The notes under the pieces are model-generated. The model was not told where the DNA came from. It worked only from the letters and a program-made list of their open reading frames with translations, and did no database searches. From the NCBI RefSeq assembly GCF_006345805.1, contig NC_042998.1:206336001-206400000 (forward strand): a stretch of DNA of 64,000 bases, given 5' to 3'. Made by a program: the position numbers and the translations under genes. Numbering within the stretch: the stretch's first letter is position 1; each line of letters opens with the position of its first letter. The stretch comes from Octopus sinensis. Its lineage: Eukaryota. Positions 24,882 to 38,971 of the stretch are shown here, piece by piece.

Positions 24882-25770
24882 GATCATCATCGTTTAAAGT
24901 CCTTTTTCCGTGCTAGCATGGGTTGGACGGTTCGACTGGGGTCTGGGAAGCCAGGGGCTGCACCAGGCTCCAGTCTGATCTAGCAGTGTTTCTACAGCTG
25001 GATGCCCTTCCTAACACCAACAACTCCGCGAGTGTAGTAGGTGTCTTTTACGTGCCACTGGCACAGGTGCCAGGGGAGTCTGGCATTGGCCACGATCGGT
25101 TGGTGCTTTTAACGTGCCACCGGAACGGAAGCCAGTCAAGACAGTGCTGGCATCGGCCACGTTTGGATGGTGCTTTTTATGTGCCACCGGCACAGAAGCC
25201 AGTCAAGGTGGTGCTGACATCGGCCACGTTCAGATGGTGCTTTTTATGTGCCACCGGCACAGAAGCCAGTCAAGGTGGCGCTGGCATCGGCCACGTTCGG
25301 ATGGTGCTTTTTATGTGCCACCGGCACAGAAGCCAGTCAAGGTGGCGTTGACATCGGCCACGTTCAGATGGTGCTTTTTATGTGCCACCGGCACAGAAGC
25401 CAGTCAAGGTGGCGCTGGCATCGGCCACGTTCGGATGGTGCTTTTTATGTGCCACCGGCACAGAAGCCAGTCAAGGTGGCGCTGGCATCGGCCACGTTCG
25501 GATGGTGCTTTTTATGTGCCACCGGCACAGAAGCCAGTCAAGGTGGCGCTGGCATCGGCCACGTTCGGATGGTGCTTTTTATGTGCCACCGGCACAGAAG
25601 CCAGTCAAGGTGGCGCTGGCATCGGCCACGTTCGGATGGTGCTTTTTATGTGCCACCGGCACAGAAGCCAGTCAAGGTGGCGCTGGCATCGGCCACGTTC
25701 GGATGGTGCTTTTTATGTGCCACCGGCACAGGTATCACAACTACTATTTCCATTGATATTTATTTCGATA
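24882..25770 (-). mobile_element. Retroposon family B with expanded VNTR
   Basis: Constant tail at about 24882-25050 followed by the 67-bp array. Confidence 0.88.
25116..25730. repeat. 67-bp minisatellite, 9 full units
   Basis: Unit GCCACCGGCACAGAAGCCAGTCAAGGTGGCGCTGGCATCGGCCACGTTCGGATGGTGCTTTTTATGT starting at 25116, 25183, 25250 ... 25652, with a partial unit at 25719. Confidence 0.96.
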
Positions 25771-26871
25771 CATTGTAAAAAGCAGTGATGCTGTTGCCAT
25801 ACAAAATGCACCCAAATACACCCTGCAAAGTGGTTGGCATTGGAGCCTGGTGCAGCTCTCCAGCCTTGCCAGCTCCTGTCAAACTGTCCAACTCATGCCA
25901 GCAAGGAAAACGGACATTAAATGATGATGATGATGATGGATTACTTTGAACCCTTAAAATGTTTGAATTAACTCAAAATTGTGAAAAAATCCTTTTTACT
26001 CACTGCTGGTTTATGCACTCGCCAGAAAGCCCTCTCTTGACTATCACATATCATTTTGTCGATTTTCTTTTTCTCCTTAGCAATCCTAAATGCAATAAAC
26101 AAGAAAATAATTAACAAAAAATTTAAGAATAACAAATGAAGTAGATTAGGTTTTTAACAGAATAATTCAAGGCAGATGTATCGTTTTTGGATTTGGTTTG
26201 CAAGATTCTTTTTGTGAGTTCGTGTGTTGAAGCATATTCTGCTGTGTCTGGGCAGAGTCATTCTCTTTTGGTACCTTATAATTTAACACACACACCGGTA
26301 AAATTTCCACTTATTTCTTATTTTTATTTTCCTAAAATTTTCATTGCGTCTTGCAACCTTTTCAATAGTTTTAACTCAAGGTAGATGAAGTTATAAATAA
26401 ATAATGACATGTAGAATATTGGGTTTAAAAATTCTCCTTGGATGGAAAAAAAGTTGACGGCAGCGCATGGGCCTCTGAATCCACATTTTCTGTAAACATG
26501 AAGGGTTTTTTTTTTTTCATCCAAGAAGTTTTATTCCACTTATCGACAAAAACACAAAGCTAGAAGATAATCTTCTGAGAGATTATCATCGAGATTATCA
26601 GATGTTGTTATACATTTCTGATAGCAACTTTGCAGAGGGACCCATTTATGGCAGAGTGAAATGAAGTGTTTCGCTCAAGAAAACAATGCACCAGCTAGTC
26701 TGAGAATTGAACCCATGATCTAGCGATTGTTAGTGCGACACTCCTACTGCTAGGCCATACATCAGCACATGTCACTAATTTTGTCAGCTCATGTAAAGCT
26801 CAGAATGTCAATACTCACACAGACACCTGCATGCACATCTAAATTGACACATGCATAATTAATATTCTTTA

Positions 26872-27182
26872 CTCATTTGACTGCGGCCATGCTGGAGCAC
26901 CACCTTTAGTCAAGCAAATCGATCCCAGGGCTTATTCTATTGGTCTCTTTTGCTGAACTGCTAAGTTACGGGGACGTAAACACATCAGCATTGGTTGTCA
27001 AGCGATCTTGGGGGAACAAACACAGACACACACATATGACAAGCTTCTTTCAGTTTCCATTTACCAAATCCACTCACAAAGCTTTGGTTGACCTGAGGCT
27101 ATAGTAGAAGACACTTGCCTAAGGTGCCATGCAGTGGGACTGAACCTGGAACCAAGTGGTTGGGAAGGAAACTTTTTACCAC
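26872..27182 (-). mobile_element. SINE family A
   Basis: Similarity to family A. Confidence 0.8.
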
Positions 27183-27879
27183 ATTTGTGTGTGTGACTGT
27201 ACACACACACAGGTACACATTGCACAAATGTGTGTGCATAAACATATCTGCATCTATCTGTCTGTCTGTCCATCTATACATACATAGACAGCTTATGCAA
27301 GTGTCTTTTCTATAACCCTGGGCTGACCACACCCTTCTGAATTCAAATGAAAAAAAACCCCACCATCGTTTTACAACTGTTTTCCATGCTGGCATGCATT
27401 GCACAACATCCTACATTGAATTGCAGGGCTGTGTTGAGCTCCAATGTCAGCTTTGGCATCGTTTCTCTCACTGGATGTTATGCCTAATGCAGACAACTTT
27501 ACAGAGTGTACTAGGTATTTTTATTGTTCCTTGGCACCAGTGCGGTTGCTGTCGTATGTATGTAGTTGAAATTTAGAGAAAAGACAAAGACGTGTGTGAA
27601 CAAGCGATAAGTATATTAGTTTGACACTAGGAAAAAATGAAAAAGTCTTTCACATTTCGAGCCTATGCTCTTCATCACAAAGGAATTAGAGAAAATAAAC
27701 AGAGAGAGAATGAAACAAAACTTGTAGATTTCAGCAGTCCAGTATGGATATATATATATATTTATGTTACCTTCGTCTGTGGACACTGCTCACAGACCTG
27801 CCTTTCCCATAACAGACTTGTCAGTCATGAGCTTGCATGCACGCGACATGGACAGCCTTCCTGATCTTCGTTCGCGAAG

Positions 27880-28250
27880 CCATGATGATATATATATATA
27901 TATGCATAGGTGCCTCACAGAGGCAAAGTGGCCGAGATTTTTTTGAGTGTTGGGCCTCTTGGAGGCAAGGTGGCTGAGTTCCTTTCAAGTGTGGGGCCTC
28001 ACAGAGGCAATGACTGAGACCATTAGCATTATGTCGGGCTTGAGAGGACGGCCCATCAAACTGAGCAAAATCACTGTTGTAGCAGATACCAGTATCACAC
28101 AAATGGCACCCATTACACTCTCAGAGTGGTTGGCATTAGGAAGGGCATCCAGCTATAGCAAACCATGTCAAATCAGACTGGAGTCTGGTGCAGCCTTCCA
28201 GTTTGCCAGCCCTGGTCAAACCGTCCAACGGACGTTAAATGATGATGATA
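27880..28250 (+). mobile_element. Retroposon family B with alternative 5' module (GGGCCTCACAGAGGCAA repeats)
   Basis: Same 5' module at about 22310, 40360 and 60810. Confidence 0.8.
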
Positions 28251-28273
28251 TGTATGTTTGTGTCTTCTGTAAA

Positions 28274-28552
28274 GGTGCGTGATTTAGTGGTTTGGGTATT
28301 CAGCTTACAATCATAAGGTCATGAGTTCAATTCCCGGTGGCAGTGCACTGTGCCCTTGAGCAAGATACTTTCTATCATATTGCTCCAATCCACTCAGATG
28401 GCAAAACATGAGTAGTACTTGTATTTCAAAGGGCCAGCTTTGCCACATTCTCCTTAAGAACTACATGAAGGATATGCATGTCTGTGGGGTGCTCAGCCAC
28501 TCGGGTGTTAATTTCACGAGCAGGCTGTTCAACTGGAACCCTTGTTGTTGTA
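28274..28552 (+). mobile_element. CORE-like tRNA-derived SINE with family E tail
   Basis: GAGTTCAATTCCC B-box followed by GTGCCCTTGAGCAAGATACTT CORE-like motif. Confidence 0.72.
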
Positions 28553-29587
28553 ACCAATAAAGTACCAGTTGTATCTCCTTGTCCTGACACCACACACCAC
28601 AGTTGTAAACAAGTGTCACCACCATACGAGTAGTAGTGTACTTTATTTCCAACCTGGTGTTGGTGTGTTTATGTCCCCATAACTTAGTGGTTCAGCAAAA
28701 GAGGACTGATAGAATAAGTATCAGACTTAAAAGAAATAACTCCTGGGGTTTAGTCATTCGACTAAAATCGTGTCTGGTCCTGGGGAAATATTATCTTGCT
28801 TAGAAACAGGTGAAGGTCAGCGATGAGAACGACATCTGGTTCTAAAAAAATCAGCCTCAAGAAATTCTGTCCAAACCCATGGAATCATGGGAAAATGAAC
28901 AGCTGAAAAGACGATGATGATGATGATAATGTAATCTCACTTACTGCACTTGATTTTCTGCCTGGGTATTGATCATATTCCATTTATCAGAATACATAGT
29001 CTTGAGTCGATTTAATGCTGCCTGTTAATTATAAATTAAAATAAATATAAAGATATAACAATGTTCCTGCATTACAGTAGAACTTATTAGAACAAGTTGA
29101 AAGATTATAGAGTAAATATTCTCCTAAGAGTAGACATGGAATGTATATTAAAGAATGCAGACAGATTACATGTATTTATACATACAAATACACACACACA
29201 CATGCATATATATATATATGTGCACACATTTGTATATACACATGTGTGTAGGTAATACTGCAGAGAAACACAATTAGGCTTGACACATATATATCTACAA
29301 ATATTCAGAAAGATAAACACATGTATACATCGTATACAAGTATATTTACATAGAGCAAAGAGATTACAGAATACTAAGAAAATACATAATTTCTCAACTT
29401 GACAGCTGTTTCAGGAAGTTCTGAGTTATGTTATAATCGTAATATTCATAAATCGCAGATGGAATATGCAAAAAGTCTTGGGTATGCAACCAGTAAAAAG
29501 TCACTAGAAATATTACTGTAAGTCCAGTGCCTCTCATCAAGAGAAGGTGTGCATATACATAAACACACACATACACACACTTGTATA

Positions 29588-29806
29588 CGAGGGGATACAG
29601 AAAAGTTCCTGGCTTGAAGGGTATCGCATGAAAGGCTTGGTTGGAGGCCCAGACTTCTGAATTATTTTACAAGGTTTAGAAAAACTGAAGGGCCGCTGCA
29701 ATAACTGTGTGAATCTAACAGGGGAATATGTTGGATAAAATCATAATTAACTGAGTTACCTGTATTTTCTTTTACCCAAAGCCAAGAACTTCTCAACACC
29801 CCCTTA
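29588..29806 (+). mobile_element. Mariner-derived MITE (219 bp)
   Basis: TA-CGAGGGGATACAGAAAAGTTCCTGGCTT...AAGCCAAGAACTTCTCAACACCCCCTTA-TA; retains transposase C-terminal remnant GLEKLKGRCNNCVNLTGEYVG*. Confidence 0.85.
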
Positions 29807-32603
29807 TATATATATAGGGACAAGCAATGATACACTAAATCCCATAGAAGATAAATTAGTTTGTGAAATTCTTTCTATTGTGAGATAGTAAGCTATCACC
29901 TAGCGGCAATTGTTTTTTTTTCTTCATACACATATTTATAACATCCAGAGAAAGAATCTGCTTGTTTATTGAAACAAGAATAAAAGCTATAAGCTAGAAG
30001 AAAGAGCTCAATATTATTAAAGCAGAGTAAATATGAAAAATAAAACAAAAAGAATGTAATAAATGTGGAAGAAGAAAAGAAGGGAGAAAGAAATAAAAGT
30101 GATGAAATGAAAGGAATTATTTCCAGAAACTAATTATTATATGCTATAATTATGTGGAAGTTCATAGAAGAGAAAGCAAGTAAAGTGTAGATTGTCTAAA
30201 TTAAACTGAAACTACAACTAACCCAGCCACTAATAACTGTAATTGTGTGAACCATTATGACTGCCTCTTAGATTCCAGCTGTCTAATTACACATTTATAC
30301 ATTCAGAGCAAAATCTTACTTCAGAAATAAAACACCTTTGCAACCTGTGAAGAACAGATTGCCAAAAATTCTCTTTACCAAAATACCAGATATTATCGAC
30401 AAAGCGAAATGAAAAGACAAAGAACACAAACAGCAAGACATCCAAAGCAAACAGCGGCCTCACCTCAGATCCTTTCAAACCTTGTTTCAATCAACAAAAG
30501 CATATGTTTTGAAACCAACAGAGGAGCAAGGATGAACTCCCTTTCCAGCTAAATTTTCTGGAAAAACAAAAACACAATGCTACACCCCCCTCTCACACAA
30601 CCACCTTTCAACTCCATATCTCCCTTTTTCCTCAATAACTCCTCTTATGAATCCCTTCCCTATTCCTTGCTGTACTCCCCCCACTCTTCTATTTCTCCCT
30701 TTTTACCACCCATCCCCGTTCTTCTCTCCTTCCTTTACAAGCATCACTTTAGTCCCTTTGCACTGCAAGTTACAAGGTGATTCTAGCCAGTGCTGGTGCC
30801 TCAAAGACCCCCCCCCCCATATATTCTGAAAAATGGCTGGCATTGGAAGGGCATCCAGCCATAGCAACCATGCCAAAACAGACAATAGAGCAAGATGTGA
30901 TCCTCCGACTTATCAGATCCTGTTGAACCATCCAATGCATACCAGCAAAATTTTATTTCCTTTGAGTAAATGAAAACTTCATAATTCTCTATCTGTATCA
31001 ATTCCTGTAATTTCTTCATATTGGCATTCCACACCTTGACTTATAATAAATTGCTATATAACCACCGATTCATTCTAACCCCTTCTTTTATCAACTCCTA
31101 TTTATATTTCTCAATTTTAACTCGCTACACATGTAATATAAACAACTTCAAATTGCTGGCACAAGGCCAGCAATTTCAAGGGCAAAGGCTAACCAATTAC
31201 TTTGACCCCCAGGACTCAAATGAGACTTATTTTATTGACCTCCAAAAGGATGGAAGGCAAAACCAACTTTGGTAGAATTTGAACTCAGGACATAAAGACA
31301 GATGAAATGCCACTACGCAGTCTCCCCAGTGTGCTAACCATTCAGCTAGCTCACTACCTTAGGCATGTAATATATTTACTAACCCACCAAGTTCCATGCC
31401 ACAGTTACATTTTCCCTCACCTACCTATCTGTTACCTGTCTCAATTACATCAGCATATTTCTAATTCTCCTCCTAATTTTTTTTTTGCCTAATTCTTACA
31501 GTTTTGCATATCAAACTTCATTTTCCACTCATTCCCTACACATATTTTATTTAATCGCTGTTTATTTTTAATCCTCATTAATTTCACGATATCATCAGCT
31601 GGCAGAAGTTATTTCACTTCCCTCACAAATAACAGTATTTTGTTTAGTTTTCAAAACTTCACATCACTTCCTGTCAATCCTGAATCCCCACCCAATAATG
31701 ACAGGGAATTGGTTTACTTTTCACATTTAAATAATTCCTCTTTTTCCCCCTTTCATTGCTTTGCTCATCTTTTCCTAACAATTTTCACTTAATGCTTTGA
31801 GAAACACTGCCTGGAGGTGAAACCGTTTGTGTTCTTGTCATATTTTATCTTAAATCTGTGTATTATACATGCGTGTGTGAAGTCAAGTTCTACTTGGAAA
31901 GTTTAAAGGATGGGATGGGGACATGATGCGATTGTTAATCTGAATAAGGGTGTTCTTTAAAAGAAAAGGTAGGTAGGCAGGTACATGTTTAAGGTGGGAA
32001 GTATGCTAGACCAGACAATTAGAGCTTGGTGCAGCTCTCTGGCTGGCTAGCTCTGGTCAAACTGTCCAACCCATGCCAGCATGGAAAACAGGCATTAAAT
32101 GATAATGACCCCAGCTGAGATTTGAACCATAGTTTTCAGATTTTTCCTGCCTAAAACCACAAACAAATATATTTCCATAAAAGATATTAACACCTATGTG
32201 AAAATGGCCCCACCAATCAGCACCGACTGACTTGTTATACCTGAAACAGCAAACTTCAAAGGAAGTGAAATGCATTTTGTCAGCCAAACTGTTTGGCAGA
32301 AGATTCTAGAAAATAGGCTTACAGCTATAAAGCTGGCAAATTCACCCTCTGGCCAGAAAGCCACTGTGCTGTCTGGGGGAGTCAATGCCATTTGTCTCCA
32401 CTAATTGTCCTCTCACCTCTCTTTCTCTTTTAAGTAACATGTTTGTTGTAGTCAACAAAAGACCATCTAGTTTGTATGTGAAGAGTCCAGTAACTGCATT
32501 AACTATTTGCCAGGATTAATTTCGTTGCACTACCTTCATTACATTATCCAGCAAGTTATGTACAGAAGATTCAGAACCATTATGGTTATTGAACATTAAT
32601 CCA

Positions 32604-32832
32604 TTAACCCTTTCATTACCAACCCGGCTGAAACCAGCTCTGGCTCTGTAATACAAATGTCTTGTTTTCATAAGTTTTGAATTAAAATCTTTCACCAAAC
32701 CTTAGTCACAATTAATGTTCCTAACACTAGCTCAATGATAACTAAGTTATTTTACTAAATTCTTTGTAATATTTAACGTAATTGAAAGAAACACAGAGCA
32801 TCTCAACAGAAATACAGTAATGAAAGGGTTAA
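32604..32832. mobile_element. Solo piggyBac-type MITE (221 bp) with TTAA TSD
   Basis: TTAA-CCCTTTCATTAC...GTAATGAAAGGG-TTAA: perfect 12-bp TIR; internal sequence matches the array unit; no spacer. Confidence 0.93.
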
Positions 32833-33789
32833 TTTATTGAATGTACATCATTGTTTAATGTCCATTTTCCATGCTGGCATGGGTTGGACAGTCTGACAAG
32901 CTAGGAGCACTGCACCAGGCTCCATTGTCTGTTCTGGCCTGTTTTCTACAGCTGGATGCTCTTCCTGGTGCCAACAACCCCACAGAGTGTATTGGGTGCT
33001 TTTTTTTTTTTTACATGGCACCGGCATGGTACACATTTAAATATAATGATGCAGGTTGATAAAACATTTAAAAACTCAAACTTTAGCATGGTCAAAGTCT
33101 ACACACGCAACCTTCTTAACTTGCAAACAGCCAACTAAGATCAACATATGACTAACAACTACACTAAAACCACGTTCTTGTACGTCTGTTTTTCAGTGTC
33201 CACGTGTGGTGGGTGGTCATCTTCTGTACAATGATCCGGTCTCTTTCTTCTTTCCACAATCAACTAATGAGTTATTTAGATTTCCCTCTTCTACAAGAAC
33301 ATTACCATTGCTGCTTCCACTGTCATCATATCATCATCATATCTATTTTCACCTGGGTTGGACAGGTTTGCTATTCTTTAAGTATATTGCTAGGCATCTC
33401 TTAAGACATCTGCTTTTAGCCTATTACAAACCATACAGTGCTTGGACACCAACTGATGGCTTTCATGCCTAGTCTCTCTTTCACCTCACTTGTCCTTGCT
33501 TTTTAACATTACACAACATTTTTGCAGAGCAGCAACAGAGTGAATCAACAGTTTCTAAGCACACAGAACAACACTTAAAGAAGTTGGACTTAGGGACAAA
33601 TAGATTCAAATTTACAATTAAAAAGAAATTAATGATTCATAAAAGCAAACACTTGAAAACTTTGTTATATGCAACAGAAGCAGCATTTGATTAAAACAGC
33701 TATCTGTGTACTATACTTAAAGCAAATACATCACTGAAACACTAATTAACTGCTGTATTCATCCGTGGATTATTTCTTACGGATGTGAA

Positions 33790-34255
33790 GACCCGACAAA
33801 TGAAGTGAGTTTATGGCTCGCGGGATGGCCTGCTGTGCTAACCTTGGATCGTAGAGTGATCCGCTGTTCTCGAGGAGACCTATTGAGTCAAGTACGTGAA
33901 CATCAAAATAAAAATCAAATGGAAATTGTAGTTAAGACACCTGTGCCGGTGACACGTAAAAAGCACCATCCGAACGTGGCAGATGTCAGCACTGTCTGAC
34001 TAGCATCCGTGTCGGTGACATGTAAAAGCACCACCCGATCGTGGCCGTTTGCCAGCCTGCTCTGGCCCCCGTGCCAGTGGCATGTAAAAAACACCCACTA
34101 CACTCTTGGGGCTGGTTGGCGTTAGGAAGGGCATCCAGCTGTAGAAACCTTGCCATATCAGTCTAGTGCCTGGTGCAGCCTCCATGGCTTACAAGACCCG
34201 GTCGAACCATCCAACCCATGCTAGCACGGAAAACGGACGTTAAACGATGATGATG
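33790..34255 (+). mobile_element. Retroposon family B
   Basis: 5' module CCTTGGATCGTAG..GAGACCTATTGAGTCAAGTAC shared with the 44785 copy; constant tail. Confidence 0.85.
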
Positions 34256-34349
34256 TACAGTGTTAACACAGAAGTATAGAAGTGGTTGAAAATTTTCCAG
34301 CAGCAATATTTTTTTTATTATTAGATCGTCCATAATTGTCAGGAATGAC

Positions 34350-34855
34350 GAAGGTTATCACACTGAGAAGATGGGTGATGGTGTATCCAGTTGTGACCAA
34401 TCAGTCTGATTTGTACTTGGAAGGCTCTGCCCCAGGTCAGACTCTGGTGGCCTGTTGGCACAGAAGCCAAAGAGTTGGCTCTGAACCTGCATGGTTCATG
34501 TTTTCTTTGTGCCCCTGAAATCCTCTTCTGTTACTAAGAGGTGGCACCTCTGTTGGTGCAGTTTTCCTAGCCAAGGTGGTCTTGTGATTGCGTTTCCTGA
34601 GAGTTTGGATTGATCTCAAAGCTCTTCAGTGAGGCTCTGAGTGTAGCCTCAAAGCGCTTTTACTGTCCACCTTGTGTGCGCTTCCTCCCAGCAGTTCGCT
34701 GTAAAACAGTCTCGTGTGTCAGGCATTTGAACAAGGTGGCCTGACTTGTGCCCTCATCAGCAGCATGTGTATGCTTGGCAGATCAGCTCAGAGGAAGACT
34801 TCTATCAAGGCTGAGGCTATTGCTTCCAGCAGCAAGTGTGATAATGCTAGATGCA
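34350..34855 (-). mobile_element. Decayed RTE-clade LINE 3' fragment
   Basis: Across frameshifts: ADLPSIHMLLMRAQ..HLVQMPDTRL.FYSELLGGKRTQGGQ*KRFEATLRASLKSFEINP..GRAFQVQIRLIGH, matching the post-RT region of RTE ORF2. Confidence 0.72.
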
Positions 34856-35350
34856 ACACATCATCATCATCGTTTAATGTCCGCTTTCCATGCTGGCATG
34901 GGTTGGACGATTTGATTGAGGTCTGGCGAACCAGGCTCCAATCTGATCTGGCAGAGTTTCTACAGCTGGATGCCCTTCCTAATGCCAACCACTCCGAGAG
35001 TGTAGTGGGTGCTTTTACGTGCCACCGGCACGAGGGCCAGTTTGGTGGTACTGGCAACAGCCACGCCCAAATGGTGCTTTTTATGTGCCACCTGTACAGG
35101 AGCCAGTCCAGCAGCACTGGCAACGACCTCACTCGAATGTTTCACATGCCACCAGCACAAGTGCTAGTAAGACGACGCGGTAACGATCACGCTTGAAGGC
35201 CAGCTTGTTACTCTGGTAACGATCTCACTCGTATGGTACTCTTAGCGCTCCACTAGCATCAGATGCCAGTCACCGAGTTTGATTGATTTCACGTGCCTCA
35301 ACAGGTCTTCGCAATCGAGCTTGGTTTCAACTTTGATTTCACTTGCCTCA
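34856..35350 (-). mobile_element. Retroposon family B
   Basis: Constant tail and modules; abuts the RTE fragment. Confidence 0.82.
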
Positions 35351-35685
35351 ACTTCAATATTTTTTTAGCACAGTATGTCCATAAGAGATTTCTCCAGACA
35401 AGCACCACAGTTCATTTGGTTTTCTACAATGTATTTGCACTAAATAAGATACACAGATTGCTAAATAACAGCCTGCATGTTTCTTTTTTTTCTTCTTTTT
35501 TTTTTAGTAATTCAAGTTTCCACGAATCTTTTTCCATCATCCTTTTTGCTTATGATTGATTAGAGAGAGAATATTAAAATATTAATAAACAGAATCCTGT
35601 CTAAAATGTCACCAACCTGTTCATAATCCTCAAGGCCATGCTTCTGCTTGTTACGCATGCTTCTCTTGGTTAAATGTATGGCTGT

Positions 35686-35727
<42 letters not shown>

Positions 35728-36059
35728 AAGATGAGAGAAACATAGATTTGACCATCTATACTCTGGTATTAATTCATTTTTCTGTGTGTGTGTGTGTGTG
35801 TGTATACAAGGATGTGGCCAAAAGTCACCCGACAATAAATCAAATACTTAATATTCAATTTTATTTATTCATGTCCAATTATGAATGTTTAATAATTGAA
35901 TGCTTTCAGTTAAAATCACTGTCTTTTTTTTTTTCAACATTTGTCTCTTTATTAGCAAAGTCTCATATAAACTAATTTTTTGTTTTAATCTCGAAATTAA
36001 ATGGTTTGATTTACTTTTCTCACTGGAATCCGTGTTCGTTTCCCGTTTTTCCCATCTCT

Positions 36060-36260
36060 TTTACTCTTTTATTTGTTTCAGTCTTTTGACTGCGGCCATG
36101 CTGGAGTACCACCTTTTAGTCGAGCAAATCAACCCCAGGACTTATTCTTTGTAAGCTTACCACTTATTCTATCGGTCTCTTTTGCCGAACCACTAAGTTA
36201 AACACACCAGCATCGGTTGTCAAGCGATGTTGGGGGGACAAACACAGACACACATACACA

Positions 36261-36296
<36 letters not shown>

Positions 36297-36476
36297 TATT
36301 ATATATATATATATGACAGGCTTCTTTCAGTTTTCGTCTACCAAATCCACTCACAAGGCTTTGGTTGGCCCGAGGCTATAGTAGAAGACACTTTCCCAAG
36401 GTGCCACACAGTGGGACTGAACCTGGAACCATGTGGTTCGAAAGCAAGCTACTTACTACACAGCCAATCCTATGCC
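36060..36476 (-). mobile_element. SINE family A
   Basis: Similarity to family A, with (CATA)n/(TA)n core. Confidence 0.85.
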
Positions 36477-36931
36477 TACAATTTTTTGTTTTTGATCTTC
36501 TATATAAATGAAGATATTTCCTCCGTCTGGCTGTTTCATTGTAGAACTGTTATTTTAATGAGTTGTATCTATTTATCACCCAACAAGACACATCTACACT
36601 GCCAGATACTCCTGAACCAGTTGTTGAGTGTCCCACCCATCAGGGATCAAAGCTAGATGTGTCAAAACAATTGTCATGATTAGTAATAAATTCTCGTATA
36701 TTCCATCTTCCGTCTTTCATTTGCCGTATATATATTCTTTTATTTGTTTCAGTCATTTGACTGTGGCCATGCTGGAGCACTGCCTTTAGTTGAGAAAATC
36801 AACAGCTGAACTTATTCTTTGTAAGCTTAATACTTATTCTATCAGTCTCTTTTGCTGAACTGCTAAGTTATGGGGATGTAAACACTCCAGCATTGCTTGT
36901 CAAGCGATGGTGGAGGAAAACAGACATACAA

Positions 36932-36963
<32 letters not shown>

Positions 36964-36964
36964 G

Positions 36965-37365
36965 TTGTTGTGGCCGATGACAGCACTGCCAATTGGCACC
37001 CGTGCCGGTGGCATGTAAAAAGTACGCTTTGAATGTGGTCAATGCCAGTGCTACCTGACTGGTCCCGTGCCGGTGGCACATAAAAAGCTCCATTTGAACA
37101 TGATTGTTGCCAGTGCCACCTGACTGACTTCCATGTCAGTGACACGTAAAAAGCACCATTCGAGCGTGGTCAATGCCAGTGACACATAAAAAGCAACATT
37201 CAAACGTGACCGGTGGCACATAAAAAGCACTCGCTACACTCTCGGAGCAGTTGGCATTATGAAGGGCATCCAGCTGTAGAAACCCTGCCAGATAAAATTG
37301 GAGCCTGGTGCAGCCTTCTGGCTCACTAGCCCTCAGTCAAACAGTCCAACCCAACGACGACAATG
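36965..37365 (+). mobile_element. Retroposon family B
   Basis: Modules and tail. Confidence 0.8.
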
Positions 37366-37984
37366 ATATATTTGATAGGCTTCCTTCAGTTTCCGTCTAC
37401 CAATTGCACTCAAAAGGCTTTGGTTGGCCCGAGGCAATAGTAGAAGATACTTGCCCAAGGTGCCACACAGTGGGATGAGAACCCAGAACCATGTGGTTGA
37501 TAAGCAAGCTACTTACCACACAGCCACTCCTGCACCCAAATACACACACACATCATGATTTTTTTTAAGCATATCAATACTAATAACTAGTTGCTAGAAT
37601 TTATGTTTTTTTAATCTCTTTCTTGTTTCAGTCATCAGAATGCGGCCATGCTGGGGCACCACCTTGAAAAATTTTAGTCAAACAAATTTACCCTAGGAGT
37701 AAAGATTGTTTGCCAACATAACATGGCATTCCTGGTTTAGGATGAATGTTACTATGATTTAGCCCCAGGAGACATCGTCTCCAGCTGGTTATATGACACA
37801 ATCTGTGTCCTTATATTTTCAAACAAGGGAATCTAGCACCCCCACTCAGCGCAAAACAATATCCGTGTATCACAATTTCCAGGTTATTTTCCTTCATCAG
37901 CAAAGAATAATTTTGAGCTGAGAGGGGGTGCTAGATGCCCTTGTTTGAAAATATAAGGACACAGATCATGTTGTATAGCCAGCT

Positions 37985-38090
37985 GGAGATGACGTCTTTG
38001 TGTGAGGAGTGCAAACATGCTTGGTATTCCTGCTTGCTTGAGGACATCTTTGTTGGGGACATGATTCTGCCATTTGATGCGAAGGATTTT
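37985..38090 (-). mobile_element. Short RTE-clade LINE fragment
   Basis: KILRIKWQNHVPNKDVLKQAGIPSMFALLTQRR matches the conserved RTE post-RT motif ILxIxWQDxVPNxxVLxxAGIPS. Confidence 0.7.
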
Positions 38091-38711
38091 GATTATATAT
38101 ATATATATAATCAAAATAAGCAACAAGGATATCCAGAGGTAATGCAGTACGATCGTTTCATGCAACTCCATTTAATTGAACAATGCAAGTATTACATCAG
38201 TTTTAAAATGTAGAGCAATCTTCAGATGCATAAAAATATAGAATTCAAAAGATTCATTTTTATAGTTATTCTATTAACCAAAATCAAAGAGGGTAAGTAG
38301 GTAGACAGAGAAACAAGTTTCAGCAACAATATCATAGTAGTAACTGATAATTTTTCACAGGAAGACACTGCTTATCATTGATTTTACTTTGTTATTTAGA
38401 TTTACTACTGGGGGAGGGGGTATAAATTTATAGACTAGTTTATCAAGTCTAATGGAAATAAGAATCTATCTTTTATGGATAGAGAAAAAGACAGTTTAAG
38501 TGGCAGAGCCATAAATCAAGATCCCTTTGATGTAGAAACCATTTGGGTCCAGTAGGAATATATTTCAGCCAAAATAAGCAGGTTAAAGCTGATGTGGTAG
38601 GGCGAGTAAAACTTATAATACTTAACTATTTGACAGCCATAATCCCAATGATAATTTGAAATATATAGGTACATTTTAGAGTTTTTTCAAAGAATCAGAA
38701 TAATATATATA

Positions 38712-38925
38712 TACTCTTTTACTTGTTTCAGTCATTTGATTGCGGCCATGCTGGAGCACCGCCTTTAATTGAGCAACTCGACCCCGGGACTTATTCTTTT
38801 TGTAAGCCCAGTACTTATTTTATCAGTCTCTTTTGCTGAACCGCTAAGTAACGGGGACATAAACACACCAGCATCGGTTGTCAAGCAATGCTAGGGGGAC
38901 AAACACAGACACACAAACATACACA

Positions 38926-38971
<46 letters not shown>

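Noticed and set aside
24923-25788. Overlapping 124-224 aa ORFs
   Set aside because: They arise from the 67-bp VNTR, whose consensus unit lacks stop codons on the + strand; the reading cycles through all three frames and there is no sign of a real protein.
32194-32391. Hydrophobic 65-aa ORF with an internal acceptor-like site
   Set aside because: No recognisable domain and no supporting neighbouring exons.
33840-33900. Hammerhead-like motif in family B 5' blocks (TTGATGAGACC...)
   Set aside because: Lacks the CUGANGA/GAAA pairing and any closing stems.
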